Assembly: GCF_947568905.1 (NCBI RefSeq)
Contig: NC_079171.1
Location: forward strand, 8,804,001-8,868,000
DNA length: 64,000 nt
Source: Ostrea edulis
Taxonomy: Eukaryota
Direction: 5' to 3'
Within the stretch, counting starts at the first letter, position 1, and the number at the start of each line of letters is the position of its first letter. The translations under genes were made by a program, and so were the position numbers. Shown one piece after another: positions 50,838 to 61,261 of this stretch. The notes beneath the pieces are model-generated. The model had not been told where the DNA came from. It was given only the letters and a program-made list of their open reading frames with translations, and made no database searches.

Positions 50838-53550
50838 TTGGGGTTCTTTTTGAAGTATGCATGGAAAGTAAATGAATGACATCGTTGAATGACGTCGCGA
50901 TTATTTAATTGTAACATTGTTTGTTAAAAACTGCTGCTTTGATGGATTTCTTCTCTTTTTAAAATCAAACTTTGGTATCATTTTTTTTATAAAACGAACT
51001 CGACACCCCCCCCCCCCCCCCAAGGCAAAAAAAAAATCGCTTTGATACTAATATTAACAAAATTAACAGCACCCAAATTCTGCCTATTTTAAGTTGAATC
51101 ATGCAATGAATTATCAATGAATTATCAATCACTTATGTTCTATATAATTCAATGGAAAACAGTGCCATTGCCGTTAAAACAATGGTATGTTGAAACCGGA
51201 ATTACTAAAAAAAAAAAAGCTGTGCTGTTGAATGAAAAACAATTTTCACAGAATTGCATATACATTGTCAAGATACATCGGTCCAATTTTCAGGTGGGGT
51301 TTTCGAGTGAGTAAAAAAGGTCTAAACCCACGACCTACGTTAAATCGCCAGGTTTTGATTGATACAAAAACAAGTAAGTAAATCAGCATTCAAGGAGAAT
51401 GGAAATACAAAAACTGGTTATCATCTCACTGTATTGCGTTGCTTGCACGTTGACGATGCGGTGTTAAAATAGGATTTTTCTGTTCACAAACTTCTCAATA
51501 TCACAAAGCTGTAAAAAGGCGTCAGGAACATTTTTCTTGTCTCCAAATATTATGGGCGGCACTAAACGCCGCTATGGTGCCGTATTGGAGTAGTAACATG
51601 TTAAAGAGTCAATATCTGCAGTGATATACAATATTCGTTTTCAAAATTTTAACATCTTTGAAACAAGAGCTATCATAATATACGTAGGTGTACAAGTTGA
51701 TACGACGAAAACTATTGATAAAGCGTCCAGGAACGAGGCGGCGGATTGAACTAATAACATATAACTTTTAAAGGAGTCCTTGTATGTCTTTATTTGGTAA
51801 TCAAATAATCCATTTTTGGACCAAGGACTATCAGTTTGGGTGATGTAATGAAGAACAAATGAGGGGATGTTGTGCTGAAATACAGTGCAGTCCTATAATA
51901 ATTCACATGTATGGTCTGAAATATTCATTCTTGTGTCCATGTTGATTGGCTCATCTTGTGGCTACACAGTATTTACGACATTGGTACATTTTACATGCCT
52001 TGATGTATGAATTCATAGAAAACAATCTACGCGCTTTAAAGACCAGGGGCGCGTTTTACAATAGAAATTACGACTTACGACAAAACTTTACATACTGGAA
52101 TTTTCAGGTTTATTGTCAGGTCATTCACTCCAACTGAAAAATTTTTTTTTCTAAATGTTGAAAATTAAGCCTCAGAAAAGTTTTACTTCATTCACTTAAA
52201 GTAATAAATGTGTAATACAATTTAAGACTTGCGACTTTGCCGTAAGTTGATTTGTAAAACGTAGCACAGAATAGTGGATCTATCGTACGGATATACAAAT
52301 CTATATTTGTAACGTGCAAGGTCTCCCGTGACACGGACCTCCGTTTTAAGGTCATGTCGGAGAGATCCGTGGTCCTTCTAAATGCAGAACGTTTTGGGAA
52401 AGAGCAGGCATCATCTATGTTTACGTCTTGGGCTTGACTTCCCGGTTACGAAGTGAAAGCTCTACCACTGAGCTACTGCGACCGGTATCAAATCGATTTT
52501 CTCATAAGATACACAATATTACTTTAAAAACTATATTACATAGAATGTCTTAGATATATATTGATCAATCAAATTCATCAGGAAATTCAGAAAACCCGTG
52601 CTTGCGTCTCATACTTCCTTCGCGTTTCACAAATGGGTCTAGAGTGTTGAAATTGATAAAATTGTGTACGAATTACATGTGAAAGGTGATATAAAGGGCT
52701 ATGTATTTATCAAAAATCATGCTATCGGGATATAGGTACTATCTTTCAAACAAATGAAGTAGGCAAAGACATGAAATGACAGAGAAGACGAGTTTGAATC
52801 AGCGACTTCAACACTGTAGACCCACCCGTGACACGTGAAGTGTACGGGTACCGGTTTCTGAAATTCGGTGACAAATTTGATTGATCAAGATGTATGTACG
52901 ATAATGTTTGCAATATGATTTTTGCAGAATTATTTTATATCTCATTGCCAATGTGTATTTAGAGGGATCTACGGAATGAGAATTCAGAATCGGATATGAA
53001 GCATGTGAAGTCTAAGTGTTGTACAAGTAATCATATCTAATCCCAACAAGGGGAATGTATTACAAATCTCAGTACATTACTCACACTTGAACACCAAATC
53101 AAGGTGAGGGGAGGGGGGCTAACAATAATAGGGGAGACAATGCCTAATGTGTTTTCCGTTACAGGTGTCCGAATCGATTGCCAGTGTTTCAGACATAATG
53201 ACCTCCTCAAGGGTGTCACAGTAGACATTAGTAAGATGAAGGCGACTCGCCCCTACTGTCATGGATATCTTGTTTGGCATTGTAAAGACGTCAAACTATA
53301 TTACCGAAGTCATCTTCACAAGTCAACGGTTATTGATTCGTTACCTCGCATAACAGGGGCTTAGCGCGTTTCTGGGCCCGAATACAATAAACGGTATCAC
53401 AAGAGTTTAGGCCCAAATCGGGCTTAGCCTCTATGCTTCGCACTAACCCTTGACATCAGTCGCTATATAAAAGTTGGGCTCATTTAGATCATTACACAAC
53501 CCACTATAGATAAAACATCCAATGAATTCATTGCATCTTGTTATGGTATA
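50838..53550. repeat. Segmental duplication block B (paralogous to 1-2795)
   Basis: Collinear with block A; the match ends exactly where the Gypsy LTR begins (53551). Confidence 0.93.
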
Positions 53551-53616
53551 TGTAATGTACTTTGTCAAAGCCGTGCCATGTTTGTCTCAGTACTTTATTC
53601 CTTGGTTTTGAGGAGC

Positions 53617-55189
53617 ATCCTAGATCTTTTCCTTTGACATAAACAAGACGAAACTCATACGGTTGTAGTTTCAACATCATCTTCTGAATACGCATTGGTG
53701 CAGATGTCATTGGTTTGGGCATGATAGTTTCTAGCGGTTTATGATCAGATTCAATTGTAATATTGGTTTTACCGTACCAAAGTTTATGGAATTTCTCACA
53801 TCCACAAACGACTGCAAGTAATTCCTTTTCGATCTGGACGTAACGCTGCTCTGCAGGGGTCAGGGCTCTAGAGGCATACGCAACAACTCCCTTCTGCTGA
53901 AGAACAGCGGCACCTAGTCCCTTCATAGATGCATCCACACTGAGAATTACTGGTTGGCTGATGTCAAAGTATCTAAGAACTTTAGTTGAAGTAAGTGCTG
54001 TTTTCACATTCTCGAATGATTGTTCTGCTTCCGAAGTCCAATTCCAATCATCACTGGTCTTCAGAACTCTGAGAGGTGCGTTCAACTCACTCAGATTAGG
54101 AATGAACTTAGCAACATACGCTAGCATTCCAAGTACTGTTTCCAATTCTGCATGATTTTCTGGCGCTCTCATCTCGGTGATTGCTCTAATACGTTCCGGA
54201 GTAGGTTTTAGTCCTTCACCTGTCAATAAATGGCCTACATAGTTCACTTCACTTTTAGCTAGAACACACTTGCTTTTGTTAAGTTTCAAGTTAATGGCCT
54301 TAACCCGTTCAAGTACAGTTCGCAACCGACTGTTGTGTTCCCCTTCATCACGACCATGTACCAGAATACCGTCCATAACAACTTCAACACCATCTATGTT
54401 TCCAAAGTGATTGATCATTTCACGCTGAAATACTTCTGCTGCACATTTCAGTCCCATCGGCATGCGAAAATAACGGTAACGTCTGAAAAGATAGCTTAAT
54501 CTGGAAGTAGCCCATGTTTGCGTCCAAAGTTGAAAATATCTGGCTTCCATGAACTCGGGTGACTATATCGTCTATAGTGTTCATAGGGAAATGCTCACGC
54601 AGCAGAGCTCTGTTCAAGTCAGTAGGGTTTAAACAGATCCTTACGCGTCCATTCTTCTTGCGCACACATACCATGCTGCCAACCCAACTGGTTGGTTCTG
54701 TCACTGTTGCAATGATGTTACATTTAACTAAGTGGTCAAGTTCTTTTTTCACATCGTCTCGCATTGCAACTGGTAATGATCTTGGTGCATGAACAACAGG
54801 TTCCACAGAGTTGTCTACCTTGATATCATATTCTCCTGGTAAACAACCAACACCGTCTCCCACTACGTCTGAGAATTCTTGAAGGAGTTCGCTGACAGAC
54901 AAACTAACACTGTTCACTATTTTCACTCGTGTAATGAGACCAAAATGCAAACAATCTGGTCTCCCTAGTAGACTGATGTGTTTGGGTGTGTCCATAATCT
55001 TGAATGTTAAGTTGCGAAACAGAGTTTTGTACCTACAGGGCAATGTTATTTCACCGTGCACTTTTGTAGGGTTGCCACACACATCATGGATAACAGTACT
55101 GCTCACACGAATTACAAAAAAACTGAAGTGAGTCATTGAGCTATCGATTTTGAAATAATGTTGCATCTGGGTCCACTGTCAATTTCTAA
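53617..55189 (-). pseudogene. Gypsy pol remnant (protease, RT, RNase H), disrupted
   Basis: Protease LEIDSGPRCNII read in frame after the TAA at 55190. RT motifs RICLNPTDLN, FSTLDANMGYFQI, RMPMGL, with YxDD mutated to VMDG. RNase H motifs VDASMKGLG, EKELLA, SDHKPL. Frameshifts at ~55140 and ~54500. Confidence 0.88.
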
Positions 55190-56269
55190 TTACAGTGGTA
55201 ATCCTTGTACATCAACAGTAACAGTCCATTCACTGTCATCACTCGAGGCAACATGTACTGTTTCATATGAGTTCTCCATGAATGCTGTATAACACTGCTG
55301 AACCATGCTCTGATCAAAAATGTCACATACATCCTCCCCTTGTTCTTGACAGTCTGAATAATGAACATGGCGCTTTGAATGTTTGTTAGTTCCGCGTCCA
55401 CGACGTGATTGTCCTCTGTGTTGTTGAGAATATTGCGAGTGACCTTTACACAGTGGTGAGGCTTTGTAATGTCCTTGTATGCCACACTCGTTGCATGTTT
55501 TGTTGAAGGCTGGGCATTGACGAAAAGCATGATGCTTAGTGCATTTCTTACAGTACGGGTGTTTCCCTTGATATCCAGGTCCGGGTTTCTGCTTCGACTT
55601 GGATGAACCAGCATTATTCACTGTCGGACTTTCAGTAAGAGTGTCAACATGTGCTTTGGTTAGCTCTACTTGCCTACATGTTTGTATGACCTTGGCTAGT
55701 GTCAAATCAATAGCAGGAATTTCCATAAGTTTTTCTGTACACTTACGGTCATTAACCCCATTAATGATCATGTCACAAATAAAGCCTTCGCGTTGATCGC
55801 CATACTCACAGAATTCAGCCTTCTTCTTCAGTTCAGAAATGAAGTCCATTATGGTTTTATTTCCACGCTTTCTGTTCAAGAATTCTTGCCGTTTAATGTT
55901 TCTCTAATTGTGCACACCATAATGTCTATCAAACTTGCGAAATACAGTTGTCAAATCGTGTCTGTCCTCGACCGGAACTGCTTCGATGCCTTCTCCCGGA
56001 TCAGCTTCAACTTCCGGTGCCCATGTAAACGAATCATAAATCTTTATAGCCTCACGTCCCATGTTAGCAAGTAATACTCCTACCCTGCGTTTTCCAGGTT
56101 TGTCATCAAGACCAAGCGCGTCGAGATGAATCAAGAATGACCGTTGGTAGGCATCCCATTCCTGAGCTGTCGTGTTTGGGTCACTGGGGTTAAATTCAGG
56201 CAAAATTCTGAGCAAATGTGTTGACATGGCGTCCTTGTCTTTCGATAGAAAATGTCCCAAGAGTTTCAA
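55190..56269 (-). pseudogene. Gypsy gag (frameshifted) with CCHC-type knuckles
   Basis: ..EWDAYQRSFLIHLDALG..LLANMGREAIKIYDSFTW; ELKKKAEFCEYG..DMIING; CKKC..H..C and CNEC..GH..C. Confidence 0.85.
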
Positions 56270-56437
56270 AAGTTATTCGCCACTTCCTCGTGAGCGGATG
56301 GCGACAGATACACACGATATCCGCACTTCTAGCACCATGTAATGTACTCTGTCAAAGCCGTGCCATGCTTGTCTCAGTATTTTATTATCTCCTGTACTCG
56401 AGAGTTACACAAAACAATAAACAGATCGTACACATAA

Positions 56438-56549
56438 CTAACAACTCAACTGTATGACAAACGGGATGATTTCAACTTCTCCATCGTCAACTTCCCACAT
56501 TTATGTAGCAATATTCCATTATCACCTGCATATGGTGTTTATACATCTC
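56438..56549 (+). mobile_element. Internal Naiad-like RT fragment truncating the Gypsy 5' LTR
   Basis: Translates LTTQLYDKRDDFNFSIVNFPHLCSNIPLSPAYGVYTS, matching the ORF at 25477-25896. Confidence 0.85.
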
Positions 56550-57151
56550 TAGTTTAGGTCCCCTACACGTTTGTCAATCCAGTGTTCTACGAGACAAACG
56601 CCTAGGAGCATTCTACGATAAACATTTACACTCCATAACAAGGCTTATCCAAATTCTGATAAAGCAGCTGATTGGTTGATGCATAACGATGACGGACGCA
56701 GTCGAACAGAAGATAAACAAAGTTTTATCGAATTCTCGCTGAAACCTTTACAGAAAGTGTGTTTACTTAAATTAGCAAATAGGTCAGACGTGTTGGCAGT
56801 ATTACCAACAGGCTATGGGAAATCGCTATTGTATACGATTCTACCGCAATTAATGCTTGAAGAAGACCTGCATAGTAATACAAGTTCTCGTGAAGTCAAC
56901 ATAATTCCGGTCATATCGCCACTGGTTTCTCTAATGAAGAACCAAGTTTCGAACTTGCAAAAACACAACGTTTGCTTTCTTGAGAACAAGCGACTCATAA
57001 ACTGACATTTGGAACAACAGCTGTGGTGTTTGTTTTCTTCGGTGTCACCATTTCCGTTTTTCGATAGCGCCCCCTCGCGTTGTAATATTTTCAAATAGAA
57101 CGCTCCAAGGCGTTTGATTAGGAAGTCAAACGCCTTGCGTTACCTAGGCTA
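56550..57151 (+). mobile_element. Deletion derivative carrying a RecQ-type helicase N-terminus (AcademH-like)
   Basis: ORF 56676-57005 has motif I LPTGYGKS and motif Ia VISPLVSLMKNQV. Ends TAG...CTA with degenerate inverted similarity (tag..taggt..cgtttg). No TSD found. Confidence 0.55.
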
Positions 57152-57230
57152 ATGTCATAGTTTTGTCCCGTTTCTGGAGACATTTTCAGTGTGACTATAT
57201 TCTGCACATTGATGTCAGTGGCGGATTTAA

Positions 57231-57750
57231 AGGGACTGATTCACGATTTTCTCCAAAATTTCATTTTTCACTTTTAATGATCAAAATCTACTGTATAATA
57301 TGTTTAAAAGATTTTACATAAAAAGTAAAGTTATACATCATCACAGAAGCCCATTTTAGAGAGTTCATTATTTGTTTTGTAAACAAAGATATCGGTATGT
57401 TACTGTTTACGAAATTTTCAAAAGAAATAGATATCGATCTAAGTTTATTATAACTTTCACATTTCAAGCATTCTTCGGATGAAATGTTTCATCTAAAAGT
57501 TAAAATGTGCGACTATGCAATATCAAGATGCTTTATATTACAACATTGATATTTCACATGTTTGTTTGTATACATAAAAAGACTCGAGTCTTTGTTTATA
57601 TAACGCATATTTAAGGCTAAAATATAGCTTTTATTCTTGCAATCCGAAGGTTAAAATTTTGGTTGTCAACATTAAATGAGTTATACTTTTAATATTAAAC
57701 ATCAAAAATAAAAAAAAAATAATTTGTTCAAAAGTCGTGAACCAGTCCCT
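57231..57750. mobile_element. TTAA-targeting (Kolobok-like) MITE, 520 bp
   Basis: TIR agggactg(a/g)ttcacga with TTAA duplicated; the empty site ggatttaagggcgg is seen at ~44077. Confidence 0.9.
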
Positions 57751-57940
57751 TTAAGGGCGGACCCCCTCCCCCCTCTTATTTTTTTTTCAAATTTAAGGTA
57801 AATCGTATTTAGAAAAATGTAAACGATAAAAGAAGTAGTAGTTTCTTCCACTCTTGGGGGAATAAATGACAAAATCTTTTGATTCACTGAATTACTTTCA
57901 ATGGGAGAATTTACGTTATTTTTCTGCCACAAACCCTTAA

Positions 57941-58528
57941 AGCTGTATGGTCCAAATTACAATATTTTTTCCATCTCGTAAAAACGCTATTAAATCATCC
58001 CACACATGTAGTTATGAGGCTGTATGACATGTCATAAATTATTTCACCTGTTTTAACCCAAATTATTTGATTTTAAATCGATCTTTACAAATAACCGTGT
58101 CACTCTGCCATTTCAAGTGACAGTCACGTGACCAGTTCAAACTTTCAGATCATCGGTGGTCTTATCTGTGCAAAGCTGTGCAACAGTACCGTACCATAAG
58201 TATAATAAAAATAAAAACATCAAATACCTCTTAGTAATTCGTTGTTTTACGCTCTTTCAGCCTTAAAACTAGACAGTTGCGTATGAGTTAATACATCATG
58301 TTGGGATTCCCCTGACGCACGTGCATCTATTTATAGACGTCTATTATGGGATGATTTATATATGTACCCACTAAATTTACTTTCTAAATAATATTCGCAC
58401 TGGTTTTTTTTACATGCAGATGTTTTCAAGCATGTAATTAAGGGAAAGTTAATAACTTTATAAAAGAATTAATCTGCTTTAAAGCAATTATGTACAAAAA
58501 TAATACATGAACATCGGGTCATACAGCT
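57941..58528. mobile_element. TTAA-targeting (Kolobok-like) MITE, 588 bp
   Basis: TIR agctgtatg..cc with TTAA duplicated; the empty site aaacccttaatgttagcg is seen at ~44270. Confidence 0.9.
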
Positions 58529-59168
58529 TTAAAATTAGCGCAATTTTATTAACTTTACCTTATTAGATGTAAAAATGACAGAAAATAGTAGAAATTACTA
58601 CATAGGAGATATATTTCAAACCTTATAAAATTTGTAAAATCAAGCCGGGACCTCACGCGGGCTTCGCCCCCTGGACTTCCATCAGGGCTTTGTCCTTGAC
58701 CCACTGATGGCCTCATGGCGGCCCGAAGCCTCATAAAAAAGTTGCGCCCTCCTAACCGGAATTCCTGGATCCGCCACTAAATGTTGCGAAGATTCTACAA
58801 GGAGGACAATATCACTATTTAATTGTTATTTCTAGTGTTTATATTTAACAGGATCCAAACCTTTAGATAGACTATACTCCGCCTTAAATGGACTCAATCT
58901 TGAAAAAAATCCTTTATAAGATAGAAATATATCCGAGTAATAGATAAACATTGAAAAATATATATGTTTACATGCTCAATATTTGATAGAATTCAAACCT
59001 TAACAAAATCAAATTGCACTTATTTATGTCCCGCATAGGTTTCCATGTCCTTACAAACTACGTCATAATCTTGTCCCGTTTCTACACCCCGAGGTTAGCT
59101 GCGGATATTTTACACTCTATATCAAGAAGGAGGACAGTGAAATGTTTCCTTTATGTGCTTGTTGGCAA

Positions 59169-59216
59169 TGACAACGTGGACAATCAACACTTCATCTACA
59201 GACATCACAGTTTAAT
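59169..59216 (+). other. uORF (15 aa) MTTWTINTSSTDITV*
   Basis: Homologous to the uORFs of TRIM-1, TRIM-2 and TRIM-4; coordinates approximate. Confidence 0.55.
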
Positions 59217-59276
59217 ACTCCATTGTTTCAAACAAATAGAACGCCGAGGCTACAGCGGGTTCGCCGAATTTGAAAT

Positions 59277-59288
59277 GAAACCGAAAGT
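59277..59288 (+). promoter_or_regulatory. IRF-E/ISRE-like element GAAACCGAAAGT
   Basis: Exact IRF-E match, 19 nt before the ATG. Confidence 0.6.
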
Positions 59289-59307
59289 TGATTTGTAATA
59301 TATAAAG

Positions 59308-61182
59308 ATGGCAACATCACTAGAGAGCTCTTCGATGGAGGATGTTACATTGTGTTCTATATGTTTCGAAAAGTTCAAGTCACCGAGGTTTTTACCGTGT
59401 ACACATTCCTTCTGTCACGGTTGTTTATCTTCCTACATCGTTAATGTGTGTAAATCTACGGAGCCTCGTTTGGGATTTAATTGTCCATTATGCCGCGAGT
59501 ACATACCCTGTCCTGGAGCCTTCGATAAGTCAGACGAGTGGGCGGGGCTATTTCCGTTGAATGAAGTTTTAGAGGCAATCGTTCATAAGCCTGATGAGAA
59601 ACTGTGTGGTCCTTGTTTGCGAGATAACGAAAATGAACATGCTACAGGGATATGTTTGTCATGTACAGAATATCTATGTAAAATATGTACGAAACATCAC
59701 AAAAGACAACTCCTCTTAAAAGACCATATCGTATGTCAATTGAACGAGATGAAATCCGGTAACGTAATTCCTTCATCAAGAAATACCCAAGGCTGCCCTG
59801 AACATAAAAAAGAAACTATCAAATTCTTTTGTAACGATCACCAGCAGTCCTGCTGCTCGTTGTGTATTGGAACAAGTCACAGAAAATGCGAAAGTATTGA
59901 TACTGTTGAAGATGCGGCAAAACATATCAAAGAAAATGGTCAACTGGACCTACTTTTTGGCAATGTGAAGAACCTAGAAAAGAAACTGACAGAAGCAAAG
60001 AGCGAACAAGAGAAAAATGTAGCAGAAATAGAGAACTCAGTGGACAAAATCATAGAGAAAACAGAAAGGGAATTCAAGGAACTTGTTGACCACCTAGAAA
60101 TACTGAAGAACAAACATTTAGATGAAGTAGCAGGTGCGCTGAAGAAAGGAAGGAGGAAGTTAAGTGATTATACAAATGTACTTACTGATGGTATACAGTG
60201 TACAAATTACTGCTGCCGGAATATTGAAAGAGCGAAAGAGACGGAGAATGACACTGAAATGGTGGCGATGTATTGCAGAGTGAAAGAGAGGCTCTTACAG
60301 CTGAAACAGTTTAAATTCACGAAGAAACAGATAACGATATCTGAAACAAAGTCACAAGTTCTGAAAGAAGTGAGAAATATGAAATCTTTTGGAGATATTA
60401 AATATGCTGAGTCTGATCGTCACGTCACGTACGATGTACATGACATTGCGTTATCTTTAGTTTCTGAATTCAGCATTGGAGGAGGAAATCCGAATGTGTA
60501 CACTGGGAATTTTCTGTCAAATGGTAACTTTATAGTTGGAGATTCCATTTCCAATGGCCGTTGTCTTATTTATAACAAAGATTGGCAATCCACGGGAGTC
60601 ATTGATGGACTGAGTAACCCTTTTGAAGGAATACAAGTTGGAGAAGAACTAATTGTGACCTGTGGTGGGACGAGATCTATAGAAGTTTTTTCTGCGTCTG
60701 ATTTACATAAACTGCGAAGTATTAATATAAACGAACACGTGTATGGAATAACAAAACACAATGGAGCGTGTTATGTAGCATGTGGAAGTAAAATCATAAA
60801 ATTTGATATATCTGGTAAAAACCTTAAAGAATATAAAGCTGGAGGTGGTAGGAATATTAATATAAGTGCAACAAAAGATGGACATCTTGTGTACAGTAGC
60901 TGGTTCCTTAATACAGTGACCGCCATCACGGACCAGGGAGACACCGTCTGGCAGTATAAACATCTCAAAATGAAAGAACCCCGTGGACTTGATGTAGACT
61001 CCGTCGGTAATATCTTTGTTGCCGCTAGAGGAAGTGACAATATCCACGTGTTGTCTGGCGCTGGCAGTCTTGTTAGGATTATCGAGGATATTCCGAAGCC
61101 AGTGTTTATTAAACTAATGGAGGAGAGGAGTATGTGCTGTGTGTGCAGTGGTTGTAAAGTTCTGAAAATATATAAACTGTAG
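59308..61182 (+). CDS. TRIM-5: intact RING-Bbox-Bbox-coiled coil-NHL-like TRIM E3 ligase (624 aa)
   Basis: Uninterrupted ORF with all RING and B-box ligands; NHL-like repeats (EPRGLDVDSVGNIFVAA); acceptor ccgcatAG at 59037-59038. Confidence 0.96.
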   Translation: MATSLESSSMEDVTLCSICFEKFKSPRFLPCTHSFCHGCLSSYIVNVCKSTEPRLGFNCPLCREYIPCPGAFDKSDEWAGLFPLNEVLEAIVHKPDEKLCGPCLRDNENEHATGICLSCTEYLCKICTKHHKRQLLLKDHIVCQLNEMKSGNVIPSSRNTQGCPEHKKETIKFFCNDHQQSCCSLCIGTSHRKCESIDTVEDAAKHIKENGQLDLLFGNVKNLEKKLTEAKSEQEKNVAEIENSVDKIIEKTEREFKELVDHLEILKNKHLDEVAGALKKGRRKLSDYTNVLTDGIQCTNYCCRNIERAKETENDTEMVAMYCRVKERLLQLKQFKFTKKQITISETKSQVLKEVRNMKSFGDIKYAESDRHVTYDVHDIALSLVSEFSIGGGNPNVYTGNFLSNGNFIVGDSISNGRCLIYNKDWQSTGVIDGLSNPFEGIQVGEELIVTCGGTRSIEVFSASDLHKLRSININEHVYGITKHNGACYVACGSKIIKFDISGKNLKEYKAGGGRNINISATKDGHLVYSSWFLNTVTAITDQGDTVWQYKHLKMKEPRGLDVDSVGNIFVAARGSDNIHVLSGAGSLVRIIEDIPKPVFIKLMEERSMCCVCSGCKVLKIYKL

Positions 61183-61261
61183 AATTCTATAGTTAATGTC
61201 CTATAAAAAACAATTCCAAGAAAAAAAAAACTTTAATGTGCATGCAAGTTGTCTCGTTGAA

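Larger units (their letters stand above)
53551..56437 (-). mobile_element. Internally deleted Ty3/Gypsy (Mag-like) LTR retrotransposon, integrase missing
   Basis: LTR ends at 56338-~56437 and 53551-53599 (both end ...aataaa...tacattaca on the minus strand). PBS TGGTGCTAGAAGTG next to the 5' LTR (tRNA-Leu-type variant). gag, protease, RT and RNase H follow in order, with no integrase. Confidence 0.92.
57216..58779. mobile_element. GC-rich MITE orthologous to 44069-44523, expanded by two nested insertions
   Basis: cagtggcggattt ... ggatccgccacta at the same insertion site as the TRIM-4 copy. Confidence 0.8.

Noticed and set aside
7339-61047. Many 60-150 aa ORFs overlapping or antisense to the TRIM CDSs (for example MLHCVLYVSKSS..., MDIVTSSSGNKD...)
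   Set aside because: They recur only because the paralogous sense CDSs are similar; they are alternative-frame shadows with no recognisable domains.
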